NCBI RefSeq assembly: GCF_004010195.1
Contig: NC_057720.1
Location: 10,324,530 to 10,370,147 of the forward strand
DNA from: Chiloscyllium plagiosum
Lineage: Eukaryota
DNA length: 45,618 nucleotides
Direction of reading: 5' to 3'
Part shown: positions 25,385 through 37,845 of the stretch, piece after piece
Numbering within the stretch: the first letter of the stretch is position 1
Layout: every line of letters begins with the position of its first letter
Notes under the pieces: model-generated
What the model was told of the DNA's origin: nothing
What the model saw: the letters and a program-made list of their open reading frames with translations, nothing else
The model's database searches: none
Translations under genes and position numbers: made by a program

Positions 25385-26504
25385 CTACGTTATTAGATAG
25401 TCTTTATAAATCAGATAAAGAATGTAGAGTACTATGACCAATGGGGGTATCCTCCATCAGTACTATTTATCATTTACTCCATGATGAAGTATCGGGAGAT
25501 ATGGACAATCTACTTAAAACATGGGATCAGGAATTGGGACTAGAAATCTCTATAGAAATGTGGAATGACATTTAGGAAAATGCCAGAAGAATCGCCATCT
25601 GTAACAGAATTCAGGCTATCCAGCTGAAGATACTTCATAGGGCCCATATAGCACCGGATCAATTGGCAAAATGTAAGGCAGGAGCATCTCCAATGTGTCC
25701 CAAATGTAAAATAGAGGTAGGCACTCTTGTACATTGCCTATGGACCTGTCATAAGATCCGTAGATACTGGACTAAAGTAGCAAGTACCCTGACAGAAATT
25801 TTAGGAACAGAAATTAAAGTGGACCCTGTATCTCTCCTTTTGTGCTTTACGAACTTACCTGGATATGCACGGGAAGGGACTATTTTCTATTCTCTTTTTC
25901 TGTGCAAGGAAAAATATTTTGGTAAACTGGGTGGCTGAGGGCCCCCCGGACTTTCAAATTGGCACAGATTAATTATGGAATGTATTCCCCTTGACTTCCT
26001 TACAAATATGGTGCACCGAAAGACCGAATTATCTTCTAAAATATGGCAGCCCTTCTTGAATTATATGAATACAGATATTTCGGCTATCCTAACAAGGGCT
26101 TTTATTTAATTGAGATTAAGAACCTGCCTGGTCCGGGCCCCTTGGGAGAGGAAATACTGCACGAATACGGGTTTTGTTACATTTGATGTTAACACATTCC
26201 GAGCATGTATCTCACCACCCAATTTCTATGTTATCCATTGTTTTTTTTGTTTTTTTCTCTTTCTCTTATTTGAATAATGTAAGAGACTTAAATATACACT
26301 CTGGTTAGTTGAGTTTTTTTTTCTTAGTATTTTTCTTTTGTTAAATTTTGGTTATTATTTATTTAAGATTTAATTGTATATCAATGTTTGAACTTAAGAG
26401 TTTTATTTATTTTTGTAAACTTGTAAAAATGTTAAATTTCTAATAAAAATATCTATTAAAAAAAACAGATTTTTACACGGTAGTGTCCATTTATCTTTTC
26501 CTAG

Positions 26505-26655
26505 GCTGATGTGATCATTGCTGAACCAAACCCCAAATACAGAGTTGAACCATACACCCTGCAGTATGGTGGATGTGGAAAGAAGGGACGGTACATTCAC
26601 TTCACACCAAACTTTATCCTGGATAGCAGTCTGGTTTCATTTTATGGACCGAAAG
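26505..26655 (+). CDS. CLCA: CLCA coding exon 3
   Basis: Acceptor tcttttcctag; ADVIIAEPNPKYRVEPYTLQYGGCGKKGRYIHFTPNFILDSSLVSFYGPK (PYT-QYG-CG--G-YIHFTP); donor gtaaat; 151 nt, phase 0/1. Confidence 0.96.
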
Positions 26656-27141
26656 GTAAATTATCTGAACTAATTTAGAATAGAGTAGAATTTGCTTTAA
26701 GCATCGAATTAAGACTGCTTAGTTGGTGAACATGATCCTAGCTGATGCTCATGAAGGCAGTGAAAATGAATATAGGAGTTGTTATTACAATGAGGTATGA
26801 AGAAGGCAAAATTGGAACACAGCAAACTTACTATTGCCCAACACTTATTGGACCAGGAGTGTGTCCATTGATTAAATAATCCAGCTGACCAAGATGTTCA
26901 CATAACCATTGTTAAAACACACTCGAAGTAAGGCAGGGGATATACACATCACTGTTGTACTTTATTTACAGCATAAAGCAATTGAATTAAAATGCCACTT
27001 TGTTTTTAATAAAATTTACCAGCTATCACGATTTGGACATTTTGAAGATTGTGATAATACAGTAAACTTCCAGTATTTGAGGTGTATAATTTTTGCCAGT
27101 TTATTGAGAGTGCCAGTTCATAGGTGCTGGTAAAAACAAAA

Positions 27142-27351
27142 TCGAAAAGTGTGGCACTGGAAAAGCACAGCAGGTCAGGCAGCATCTGAGGAGCAGGAGA
27201 ATCGACATTTTGGGTATAAGCCCTTCTTCAGGAATTCCTTATGCTTGAAACCTCGATTCTCCTACTCCTCAGATGCTGCCTGACCTGCTGTGCTTTTCTA
27301 GCACCATATTTTTCGACTCTGATCGCTAGCATCTGCAGTTTTCACTTTCCA
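27142..27351. mobile_element. Penelope-derived hairpin in intron 3
   Basis: Inverted arms gaaaagcacagcaggtcaggcagcatctgagg; flanked by a ctgg(t)taaaaacaaa duplication. Confidence 0.8.
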
Positions 27352-27714
27352 CTGGTTAAAAACAAAGTTTGCTGTTCTCAATCTTGGTGAAAAAATTAAA
27401 AGCAAAGCTACAAAAAGAGCAATACCCTTTTGAATTACGTCCTCCCCTTTCATGCCAATGGAACAATGAACTTTTCAGCTCAAACCTCTGAAACACAATT
27501 TCTGTCCCACACTCAGAAACATTGCACCATTAACACAGGAGAACAGAATATTGATTTCCATGGTGAATTCACAAAACATCTTCACACCATGGGGTGTATT
27601 TTACACCCGGGAGTGGATAATGCCAATGTTGAAACTTGCAGAAGCACTATTTTTCTGCAGAGAATGTATGTGTTGGTTACATTGTTTTAATAAAAAGTGC
27701 TTTTGTTTCTACAG

Positions 27715-27820
27715 ATCGAGCATTTGTTCATGAATGGGCTCATCTTCGGTGGGGAGTTTTCAATGAATATAATGAACTAGTGCCCTTCTATTTATTTAAT
27801 GGAAACAGTGAAGTAACGAG
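27715..27820 (+). CDS. CLCA: CLCA coding exon 4 (HEXXH zinc-binding catalytic motif)
   Basis: Acceptor ttttgtttctacag; (D)[34 protein letters not shown](R); donor gtaaga; 106 nt, phase 1/2. Confidence 0.97.
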
Positions 27821-27956
27821 GTAAGACAACGCTGATTGTAGTATTCTGCTCACTGAAAAATGTCTCTTGGGTTTCCAGGATAACTTCTGATGCCCATAGG
27901 ATAACTATTTGTTCTTTCAATCTGCTCCAGTAGGTGTGTTGACACCGTTAAGATAG

Positions 27957-29055
27957 TGTTATGGACTAGCCCATACCACTCAAAACATTCTTAAACAGAC
28001 AGCCCAGACCATAACTTTGTAATTTTTTTCACTAAGTGTATAATAAAAATTACACGGAGTAAGTTAGTGAGATTGACTACCAGGTCATAGAGTCATAGAG
28101 TCATAGAGATGTATAGCATGGAAACAGACCCTTCGGTCCAACCCATTCATGCCAACCAGATATCTCAACCCAATCTAGTCCCACCTACCAGCACCTGCCC
28201 CATATCTCTCCAAACCCTTCCTATTCATATGCCCATCCAAATGCCTCTTAAATGTTGCAATCGTACCAGCCTCCACCACTTCCTCTGGCAGCTCATTCCA
28301 TACACGTACCACCCTCTGCGTGAAAAAGTTGCCCCGTAGGTCTCTTTTATATCTTTCCCCTCTCACCCTAAACCTATGCCCTCTAGTTCTGGTCTCCCCG
28401 ACCCCAGCCTATTTACCCTATCCATTCCCCTCATACTTTTGTAAACCTCGATAAGGTCACCCCTCAGCCTCCAGTGCTCCAGGGAAAACAGCCCCAGCCT
28501 GTTCAGCCGCAAGAAATGCAAAACTTCTGCCCACACCTCCCCCTTACTTCCCTCCAAGGCCCCAAAGGATCCTTCCATATCCGCCACAAATTCACCTGCA
28601 CCTCCACATACATCATTTACTACATCCGCTGCACCCGATGTGGCCTCCTCTATATTGGGGAGACAGGCCGCCTACTTGCGGAGCGTTTCAGAGAACACAA
28701 AGGAACAGATGCTTACAGGTTGAAGATAAATGGGTAGAAAGAGAGAGTTTAGCAAACTGTTTCCACATAGCTCACTGTCGAACGCCCAACTAGTTCTGGG
28801 CCGAACTGAACTGCTCAGCTAGAGAGCTGACCACTTCCCTTTCATTATACAGGTCACCTCTAAAACATGACAACTTTAGCCTGAAGTCTCATCGGTTGGC
28901 ATATAAACAAAAATACCTCTTATTTACCCTTTAATATCTGTACCAAACCAGTTTAATCAGAGTCGAGAGCATTTTATTATCTCTGAAAAAAACCAAGGAA
29001 ACAGTGTCCTTGAGAAAAGGGAAGCTTTGAGAAAAAAGGGACCAGCTTTGTGACA
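27957..29055 (-). mobile_element. Solo LTR (probably Gypsy-type) with nested CR1 and Penelope fragments (about 28084-28698)
   Basis: TGTT...GACA termini, perfect 4-bp TSD ATAG (27953-27956 and 29056-29059). Confidence 0.75.
28085..28508 (-). mobile_element. CR1 3' fragment, followed by a Penelope GIY-YIG fragment (28508-28698, + strand)
   Basis: (catagagt)3 tail; then FTCTSTYIIYYIRCTRCGLLYIGETGRLLAERFREH. Confidence 0.85.
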
Positions 29056-31038
29056 ATAGCAAGTTGATCAAGCAGTTCATAAATGTCATCTCATGAGTGG
29101 GATTGGACTTGTGTGTTTGTCTTCAAAGGTGATGAAGTTCTGCCAAGCTAACTAACATCGGGAAACATTGGAGGAAGAGTAGGCTATACAGCCCTTGGAG
29201 CCTGTTCCACCATTCAATTAGATCATGGCTGAGATCCCTCGATACCTTTGCTAAACAAACAAATTAGCTATCTTAGATTTTAAATTATCAACTGATCCCG
29301 CATCCACTGAAGTTTGTGCAGTAGAGTTCCAATTACCCACCACCCTTTGTGTGTAGAAATGCTTCCCAACATCTGTCCTGAATGGTTTGGCCCTAATTCT
29401 CAAACTATGTCCCCAGCTCTGGAATCCCCAACCAATGGAAATAGCTCATCTTTATCTATCCTGTCTTTTCCTATTATTAATTTTGCAGCGTGGACTATCC
29501 ATACAAATACATGTCATAACCCTATTTTACACAGGTCCTTCTTCTGGGTAACTCAAATGATCGTCTGACTAAGACAGGAGCCATGTTATTTTATTTAAAG
29601 CAGGATCACGTGAAAAAAAAAAATTAATCTCTCCAGTGGCCTGATACATTTAAAGAGAATTTCAAACTGCTAGTTCACAGTTTCTTTTTCATAATTTGAT
29701 ACAATCTGAGCATGGTGAAAAATAGAGATAATGACTAAACATTTTATTTGTCTCTATACATTGTTAACTTGGAAACTGCAGTCATTGGTCCACGACTAAA
29801 TATCCTTCATATTCTCCTCAATAATTCACTGATTACTTCAGTACAGGTTACATGATTTCTTTGATACACTTTATATTTAAAGTCACAGTCCTAAACTATA
29901 ATCATCTTATAAACCAAAAGATACAATCCCCAAACAATGATCGAATAAACCTTACAATAATAACATGGGCATATGGTACATAAAGACAAATCTGCGGAGC
30001 TATAATCCCGTCCAAAGGAATTTCATCCTCAGCTTTTCCAAATAAACATGTCTAATTGCATTGGTGGAAAAAATATTGAAAAATATTCCAAGGAACTGCA
30101 TAGATGATCGTTTAAGGAGGCATCAATTAATCAAGGAAGGTCAGAATGGATCTGTTCAGGGAAGGCTGAGTCTGACAAATTTGGTTCAATTGTTAAGTAA
30201 GTAACGTGGATGATTTATCTGGTTAATGCATTTGGCATGATCTCCATGAGATTTTGCAAGGCTTTAGCAAAATCTCACATGACAGACTGGTCAGAAAACT
30301 AAATGTTTACATGGGATCCCTAAACAAGTGAAAAATTGGATGGAAAATTAGCTCTATGGTAGGAAACGAAGGATCTATGGATATCTTTGGGACTGGAAGG
30401 CTGGTTTCAATGGTGTGTACGAAGTCCCTTACTTTTCATGATATACATCTATAATTACATATACAGATTCAGACTTCAATGTAGTCATCATTATTAAGAT
30501 GTTTGTACTTGGTATCAAAAATTGGCCACATGTTTCATGTCCAATAATGTAAACTGCAGAAATATAAATGAATTATCAAATTGGTCAAAAAGAGATAATG
30601 CATTTACAGGGCTGAGGATGATGAAAACAAGCAAAAGGAACATATCATAAATAATAGATTATTAAGAAGAGTAGGAGAAAAGACTAGTATTCCAGTGCAT
30701 GCTCCCTGAAGATAGAAAAGGGTAGTTGGATATGGTGGTGAAGAAGTCACACAGATACATTCCTTTATTAACTCCAGCAGAGAGTACAAAAGCAGGGAGG
30801 TCATTCTAGAACGATAGAAAATACTGTTCAGTGAACAGCTCATTTACTGCATATTGTTAAGAGCATGTCTTTTCTATTTAACTGTATTTTTGATTGTGGT
30901 CTGAAATGGAAAAACGATTGGTATAAAAACCAAGATTATTGAAAGGATTGCTGTATAAAGCAAAAAGCCTGGCACTTGTTGTAGGAGATGTTTACACAGC
31001 TGTGTGTGCAAGTCTAGTTACAGATCATCTGTAACTAG

Positions 31039-31366
31039 GGGGTGGCACGGTGGCTCAGTGGTTAGCACTGCCTCCTCACAGTGCTCAGAACCCAGGTTCA
31101 ATTCTCACCTCAGGTGATGTCCGTTTGGAGTTTGCACATTCTCCCTGTGTCTGCGTGGGTTTTCTCTGGGTGGTCTAGTCTCCTAACACCAACCAAAGAT
31201 GTGCAGGTCAGGTGAATTGTCTGTGCTAAATTGCACATAGCTTTAGGTGCATGAGTCAGGGGCAAATGTAGGGGAATGGGTCTGGGTGGGTTACTATTCA
31301 AAGGGTCGGTATGGACTTGTTGGGCTAAAGGGCCTGTTTCCATACTGTTGGGAATCTAATCTAATC
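31039..31366 (+). mobile_element. HE1-like V-SINE
   Basis: Full head and body; (aatct)n tail. Confidence 0.85.
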
Positions 31367-31444
31367 TTGTCTGTGTCCAAATAGAGACTCAGCTGGTAAC
31401 AAGTAGCTGATTGTTGCGTGGAAGAGTGACCGGTTATTGATGAC

Positions 31445-31758
31445 AAAAGCCTTCTGCCTGTCCACAGCAATGTGACTGGCTTCTAGTTAGCTGAGCAGCT
31501 TACAGATTGATTATTCAAGTCAGGAACAATCATAACTCCAGGAGGAAAGGAGTTGTGATCAGCAAAAAGAGCATCTGAGCAAATCCTGTTGGTCTTCTCA
31601 AAAAAGCCTTCTGCCTGTCCACAGCAATGTGGCTGGCTTCTAGTTAGCTGAGCAGCTTACAGATTGATTATTCAAGTCAGGAACAATCATAACTTCAGGA
31701 GGAAAGGAGTTGTGATCAGCAAAAGGAGCATCTGAGCAAATCCTGTTGGTCTTCTCAA
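31445..31758 (+). repeat. Tandem duplication, 2 x 157 bp
   Basis: 31445-31601 versus 31602-31758, three substitutions seen. Confidence 0.95.
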
Positions 31759-32066
31759 TTGTTCGCTCCACCTGTAATGCCCTTTTCTTTGTGTCTATTT
31801 GTATGTGTGTATGTCGTGGGCATTTTATGAGTAGGTTAGAATTTTAACCAGTAGCGTTATGTGTTAACTGATCATAATTATTTTTATTTGCAGTTAGAAT
31901 CTATTTATTTGTGACTATAACCTTTATTAGTCAGCAAGGAAATGACAGATGAAAGTTGCAAATGGTACGGAGGAAATGTTGTAAGTTTCAACCTTATTCA
32001 GTGATTTCTCATTATCAAAATGTTACTTGGAATCAAGGAATTATCTTTAATCATTTTTACTTCCAG

Positions 32067-32232
32067 ATGTTCAAAAGAGATTAGAGGACAGCTTGCTGAT
32101 TGCTCAGGCAGATCCTGCTCAGCATGTGAGACAGATCCTAAGTCAGGACTGCCGAAAAGGGATTGTGAATTTTATCCAGACAGCAAACAGACTGCATCCT
32201 CCTCAATTTTGTTCATACAGGGACTATCAAAT
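32067..32232 (+). CDS. CLCA: CLCA coding exon 5 (Cys-rich region)
   Basis: Acceptor tttttacttccag; CSKEIRGQLADCSGRSCSACETDPKSGLPKRDCEFYPDSKQTASSSILFIQGLSN; donor gtaagt; 166 nt, phase 2/0. Confidence 0.95.
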
Positions 32233-33130
32233 GTAAGTAAAGCTGCTGAGAGGTATGTTTGTCCAATATTGCTAACACCCCTGCAAGATCTCCTCAGAAT
32301 AGTGTCCTCAGACCAACTAACCTTCGCTGCCCATCAATAACCTTCCTTTTGCTATAAGGACAGAAGTGAGGATGATTGTACTGTGTTCCACTCAATGCAT
32401 TATTCCTCAGCTAACTACGTGGTCTGTAATGCAGACAGTTAATCCTGGATAGCATCCACGATTGGCCTGAAATGTAGCAAGTCATATTTTTGTGATTCAA
32501 ATGTCTGGCAATGATTATTTCCAACAAGAGAGAATCTAACCTCCTCCCCTTGCATTACCATTGCTGAATTCCTGAAGATTACCATTGACCCTAAACTAAA
32601 CTGGACGAGCAAGTAAATAAAAACAGCAAGTGTTGGAGAGACTCAGCAGGTCTGGCAGCAACTGAGGAGAGAAATGGAGTTAATTCTTCAATCTAATATG
32701 GCTCTTCAACAGAATTGAACAAGTCACATACATTCCGGATGAACTTTTTCAAGACCGGATAGTCTCTGAATACTTCTGCAGTGACCTGAAACATTAACTT
32801 CATTTCTTGCTCCAGATTTTATTTCAGATTTCGAGCATCTGTGATATTTTGCTGTTGTTGGGTAATCTCACACTTTGACTCTCCAAAGCCTCTCCAAAAC
32901 TAACAAGGCACAAGTCAAAACTTGATGGGCTGCTTCCAATGTGACTGTAACAACAAACACCATCAAACCATCAAACACTTGGTCAGCTCCATCAGTCACT
33001 TTAAACATTCACTTGCCCCACTATTGACACACAGCGGCTGGATTGTGTACCAGTTGCAGGATGCATTGTATCTGTCACTAAGGCTTCTTCAACAGGACCT
33101 TAATCTTCAGCAAAGGAAGCAGATGGATGG

Positions 33131-36100
33131 TGTTGTGCCCAAGACTGGGGAGTGGACTGCCTCTGTCCAGTGCCATCACTCCATTGTTCCCAACACGAAT
33201 ATATTTACTTTACACAGTTACCAACATAGCCAATGATGCTTTATCTATATTTTCAAATTAGAATACAAAAGATCTATTAAATAAGCGTCTCTAATCAGGA
33301 ATAAAATTATTGATTTATTATAAAACAAAATTACTCAAAAAAGATGCAAAAACACAAGTGGAAGTCACAAATGGTACATCTTTGAAATAGCCAGACATTT
33401 GTCAATTAAAAACAAAACAAAGTTCTCGACAGAGATATGGAATGAGGATGTGAAGAATAACGATAAGGCTTTCATCCAGCTTCCTGGCACATGGATATCG
33501 AAGATAGACAGTCTTCACAGGGATCCTTACAGATGTAGTTTATTCTGTAACCGCCAACATAAATTGTTCAAAGGGTATTCCAGGAGAACAGCTCACACAG
33601 TGTTTGGTTATTATACTGTTCCCTCAAAAGAGCTTTCTTTGAAAGGCAGAGGATAACCATTTCAGCAACTGAATTCCACACAATATTGACAACCAGACAA
33701 CCACCTCTGCGATTGCTGGGAAGACAACCACCTCTGTGACTGCCGCAGGATCCACCATCGCTGCGAGATTCACTGCCTCTGGCACAAATGCAAAACCTAC
33801 TCTCACGTCCCTTCCACCCCCACAGTTGCCACCGGCACAGCCACTTCTGCGCTGAAAAAGTCACTCACCTACTCACCTGGACACGAATGAGACTTTCGCC
33901 GACGTCACTTCTGCCAGCAGTGACATCATTCACCGAAAACCAGTCTGCAATGTCGTCACCGTCACGTGTGATGTCACCTCTGCCCCCCCCCACCACACAG
34001 ACCGCTGTAAGCCCCACTTCTACCCTCAGTGTTAGTGTCACTTCTATTGATGACATCACTCCTGACCCTATAGTCACTCAAGTGATTGTTTCTGCCCCCA
34101 CACCCATCTCCAGCCCCACCCCGGTCCCAGCTCCCAGCCCTGCCGTGTCTTTACTCTTCCCCCAGACCTCCCCCTTCACTGAGGATGAATGCTTAGTCCT
34201 CAGCAAAGGCCTTACCTTCATCCCACTACGCTCCTGGATTAATGAGTTCGACATGTGTCCCGACATTGAACATTTCATCCCCCGCCTTTGGGCCCACTTT
34301 TTCAATCAAGACTCCCGCCCACCCAACGAAGACCCCTTCTCTCGCCTCCAACACACCCCATCCATCTGGAAGCCCCATGCTGGCCTGTTACTTTCCTTGA
34401 CCTCTTCACTTCTAACTGCGGCCGTGACATGGATGGCTTCAAACTACCCATCGTCTTCACCCATTGCAACCTCCCGCCCTCACAACGCACAGCCCTCCAC
34501 TTCCTCTGCTCCAACCCCAACTCACAATCAAACCCGCAGATAAGGGTGGCGCAGTGGTAGTGTAGTGCATCAACCTCTACATCACTGAAACCAGGCGCCA
34601 ACTTGCAGACACCTGCTCCAACTGCCCCCACCACCACGACCTCACCTCCCATCACAAAACCATTGTCTCCCAGACTATCCACATCTTCATGACCTCTGGG
34701 GATCTCCCACCCACAGCCTCCAACCTCATTGTCCGTGAACCCCACACTGCCTGATTCAACCTCCTACCAAGGTTCACAAACCCGACTTCCCTGGTCAGCC
34801 CATTGTCTCAGCCTGTTCCTGTCCCACTGAACTCATCTCTGCCTACCTTGACAACGTCCTGTCCCCATTAGTCCAGGAACACCCCACCTATGTTCGGGAC
34901 ACCATCATGCCCTTCACCCCCTCCAAGATTTTTGTTTCCCCTGCCCCCAACACCTCATCTTCACCATGGACATCCAGTCCCAATACACATTGATCCACCA
35001 TGATAAAGGTCTCCAAGCCCTCCGTTTCTTCCCCTCACGCCATCCCAACCAGTACCCTTCCACCGACACCCTCATATGCCTGGCTGAACTGGTCCTCACC
35101 CTTAACAACTTCTCCTTCCAATCCTCCCACTTCATCCAAACCAAAGGGGTACCATGGGCACCTGCATGGGCCCCAGCTCTGCCTGCCCCTTTGTCAGGTA
35201 CATGGAACAGTCCATCTTCCACAGCTACATCGGCACCATCCCACACCTGTTCCTCCGTTACACTGATGACTGTATCAACACTACCTCGTCCTCCCACGAG
35301 GAGGTTGAACAGTTCATCAACTTCACCAAACCTTTCACTCCGACCTCACATTCACCAGGACCATCTCGGACACCTCCCTCCCCTTCCTGGACTTCTCCAT
35401 CTCCACCTCTGGCAACTGACTAAAAACGGATATCTACTGCAAGCCCACCGACTCCCACAGCTACCAAGACTACACATCCTCCAACCTTACTTCCTGGAAA
35501 ACTGCCATTTCTTATTCCCAATTCTCCTGCATCTGTTCCCAGGATGACCAATTCCACCTGAGAAATTTTCAGATGGCTTCCTACTTCCAAGATCACAATT
35601 TCCCTTCCCATGTGATTGACGATACCCTCCAGCGCATCACCTCCACTTCCTATACCTCTACCCTTGAACCCCACCCCTCCCAACACAACAAGGACAGAAA
35701 CCCCCTGGTCCTCACTTTCACCCCATCAACCTCTGCACACATCACATCATCCTCTGCCAGTTCCACCACCTACAAACGGACTCCACCACTACAGATATAT
35801 TTCCCTCTCCACCCCTAGAGTGTACTGGAGAGACCATTCCCTCTGCGACTCTCTCACCAAACTCACGCCCCCCCATCAGCCCACACCCCACTTCCAGCAC
35901 CTATCCCTGCTACAGAAAGAAGTGCAAAGCCTGCGCCCACACCACTTTCCTCACCTCCATCCAAGGCCCCAAAGGATCCTTCCACAGTCAACAGAAATCT
36001 ACCTGTACCTCCACCAATGTCATCTACTGTATCCATTGCACCCGATGTGGTCTCCTCTACGCTGGGGAGGCAGGACGCCTACTTGTGGATTTTTCCAGAG

Positions 36101-36858
36101 AACATCTCTGAGAAACCTCCACCAACCAATCCACCGCCCCGTGGCTGAACACTTTAACTTCCCTTCCTACTCCACTAAGGACATGCAGGTCCTGGGCCTC
36201 CTCCATCGCCAAACTGTTACCAACTGATGCCTGGAGGAAGGACACCTCATATTCCGCCTTGGGACCCTGCAACCACACGGGATCAATGTGGATTTCACCA
36301 GTTTACTCACTTCCCCTCCCCCCTCAATATCCCAGTCCCAAGCCTCCAACTGCCCTCCTGACCTGTCCATCAACTTTCCTATCTATCCACCCTCCTCTCC
36401 GACGCATCTCCTTCTCCCCACCTTCATCTACCGATCACATTCTCAGCTCCCTTCCCCCCAACCCCTCCCCCCTCCCATTTATCTCTCAGGCCCACAGCCC
36501 TCAAGCCACATTCCTGATGAAGGGCTTATGACTGAAACGTTGATTCTCCTGCTCCTCAGATACTGCCTAATCTGCTATGCTTTCCCAGCACCACACTCTC
36601 AACTCTGATCTGCTTGTCCTCACTTTTCCAAGCCAGAAACCAAGGCATGTGATTTCCAATAAATCACTGCATGTAATTAATTTAAACCATGTGACTTCCA
36701 AGAAATGGCTTTAACAAATTGGTCCAATGTGTCACTCAATGACCTTTCTAAGAAAAAGGTCCATGTGTCTTCCATGAGTTTACAAACAAATGATTGTCAG
36801 CAATTCTTTAAACACAAATCCTCAAAGAAACCATTGATAATAAAGGATCTTCATAACA
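33131..36858. mobile_element. Solo LTR-like element interrupted by a Penelope-like element
   Basis: TGTTG...TAACA termini, TSD atgg/atag; host LINE sequence continues on both sides. Confidence 0.55.
33650..36625 (+). mobile_element. Penelope-like retroelement (RT plus GIY-YIG endonuclease), degraded
   Basis: LVLSKGLTFIP, DKGGAVV-like, MDIQSQYTLI, MGTCMGP, RYTDD, FLDFSI; GIY-YIG region CTSTNVIYCIHCTRCGLLYAGE...PVAEHFN...LIFRLGTLQPHGINVDF; 3' pLTR-type end at 36510-36625. Confidence 0.9.
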
Positions 36859-37337
36859 ATAGCAGCACATCCACCTCCAGGTTCTCCTCAAAGTCCAACA
36901 CTAATCCCAACTTTGAAAATTCTCATTAATCTTTCATTATCACTGAAATCCCCTAACGTGACGAAGAGTGCAAACAATTGACACTGCTGTGCCTCAAGAA
37001 AGTGAATCACCATGTCCCTGTCATAGTTAATTCGATCCTGCCAGAGATATCTATACTGTAATCATTAATATAAAAATAAAGTGAAGTCTCCATAGTTCTA
37101 CCAGGCCAAGACTGCTCTCCCATTGGATTGAGGCAACGTGTGATGCCTTACCCAGACAGACACCACAGCTCAGGTGAGGGTAAAGGTTGACAAGGACAGT
37201 CCTTCATGGAAACCTCAACCAGCGCAGGAATCGAACATTATTGCTGTCACCTCTGTGTCATAAATCTGCTGTCCAGCCAACTGAAGTCTTTGTACTGGCA
37301 GCAGTGCTCTGGGAGAATTCGATGGAAACCTGCAATT

Positions 37338-37845
37338 TCATAAAATCCTGACAGTGTAGAAAGACACCATTCAGCCCATTGGGTTTGCCATCAACCTTCC
37401 ACAGAGAATTCTATCCCATACCGGTAACCTCATTTGCCATGGTCAATCCACCCAGGCTGTACATCTTTGGACGATGAGAGGAAACCAGAGCACCCAGAGC
37501 ACCCATGCAGACGCGGGGAGAGCATGCAAACTTCACACAGTCAGTTACTCAAGGCTGAAATTGAACCCAGGTCCCTTTTTAATGAGGTAGCAGTGCTAAC
37601 CACTGAGTCAAAAATGTGTTGCTGGAAAAGCGCAGCAGTTCAGGCAGCATCCGAGGAGCAGGAGACTCGACATTTCGGGCATGAGCCCTTCTTCAGAATC
37701 TTCTAAAGAAGGGCTCATGCCTGAAACGTCGATTCTCCTACTCCTTGGATGCTGCCTGACCTGCTGCGCTTTTCCAGCAACACATTTTCAGCTCTGATCT
37801 CCAGCATCTGCAGTCCTCACTTTCTCCTAACTACTGAGTCACCTT
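37338..37845 (-). mobile_element. HE1-like V-SINE interrupted by a Penelope hairpin
   Basis: Degenerate reverse-complement copy. Confidence 0.7.
37611..37826. mobile_element. Penelope-derived hairpin inserted in an HE1-like SINE
   Basis: 15-bp TSD ctaac(c/t)actgagtca; near-perfect inverted arms of about 85 bp. Confidence 0.85.

Larger units (their letters stand above)
22756..26110 (+). pseudogene. L1 ORF2 (end of endonuclease, RT, C-terminal Cys knuckle), disrupted
   Basis: ISDHA; KAPGPDG, YRPISLLNIDFKIL, SLDAEKAFD, QGCPLSP, YADD, GYKINFSKS; CPKC..GTLVHCLWTC. Several stops and a Penelope-type insertion; the 5' part falls in the N gap. Confidence 0.92.
20650..26463 (+). mobile_element. Full-length L1-clade LINE (5'UTR, ORF1, ORF2, 3'UTR, poly-A), now inactivated
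   Basis: 13-bp TSD aacagatt(c/t)ttac at 20637-20649 and 26464-26476; begins gggatccaagatggcggc; AATAAA at 26442-26447 followed by an A-tail. Confidence 0.92.

Noticed and set aside
33788..34543. Ser/Thr/Pro-rich ORF resembling a mucin
   Set aside because: Part of the C-rich Penelope ORF region; it runs into LSKGLTF and no splice context links it to CLCA.
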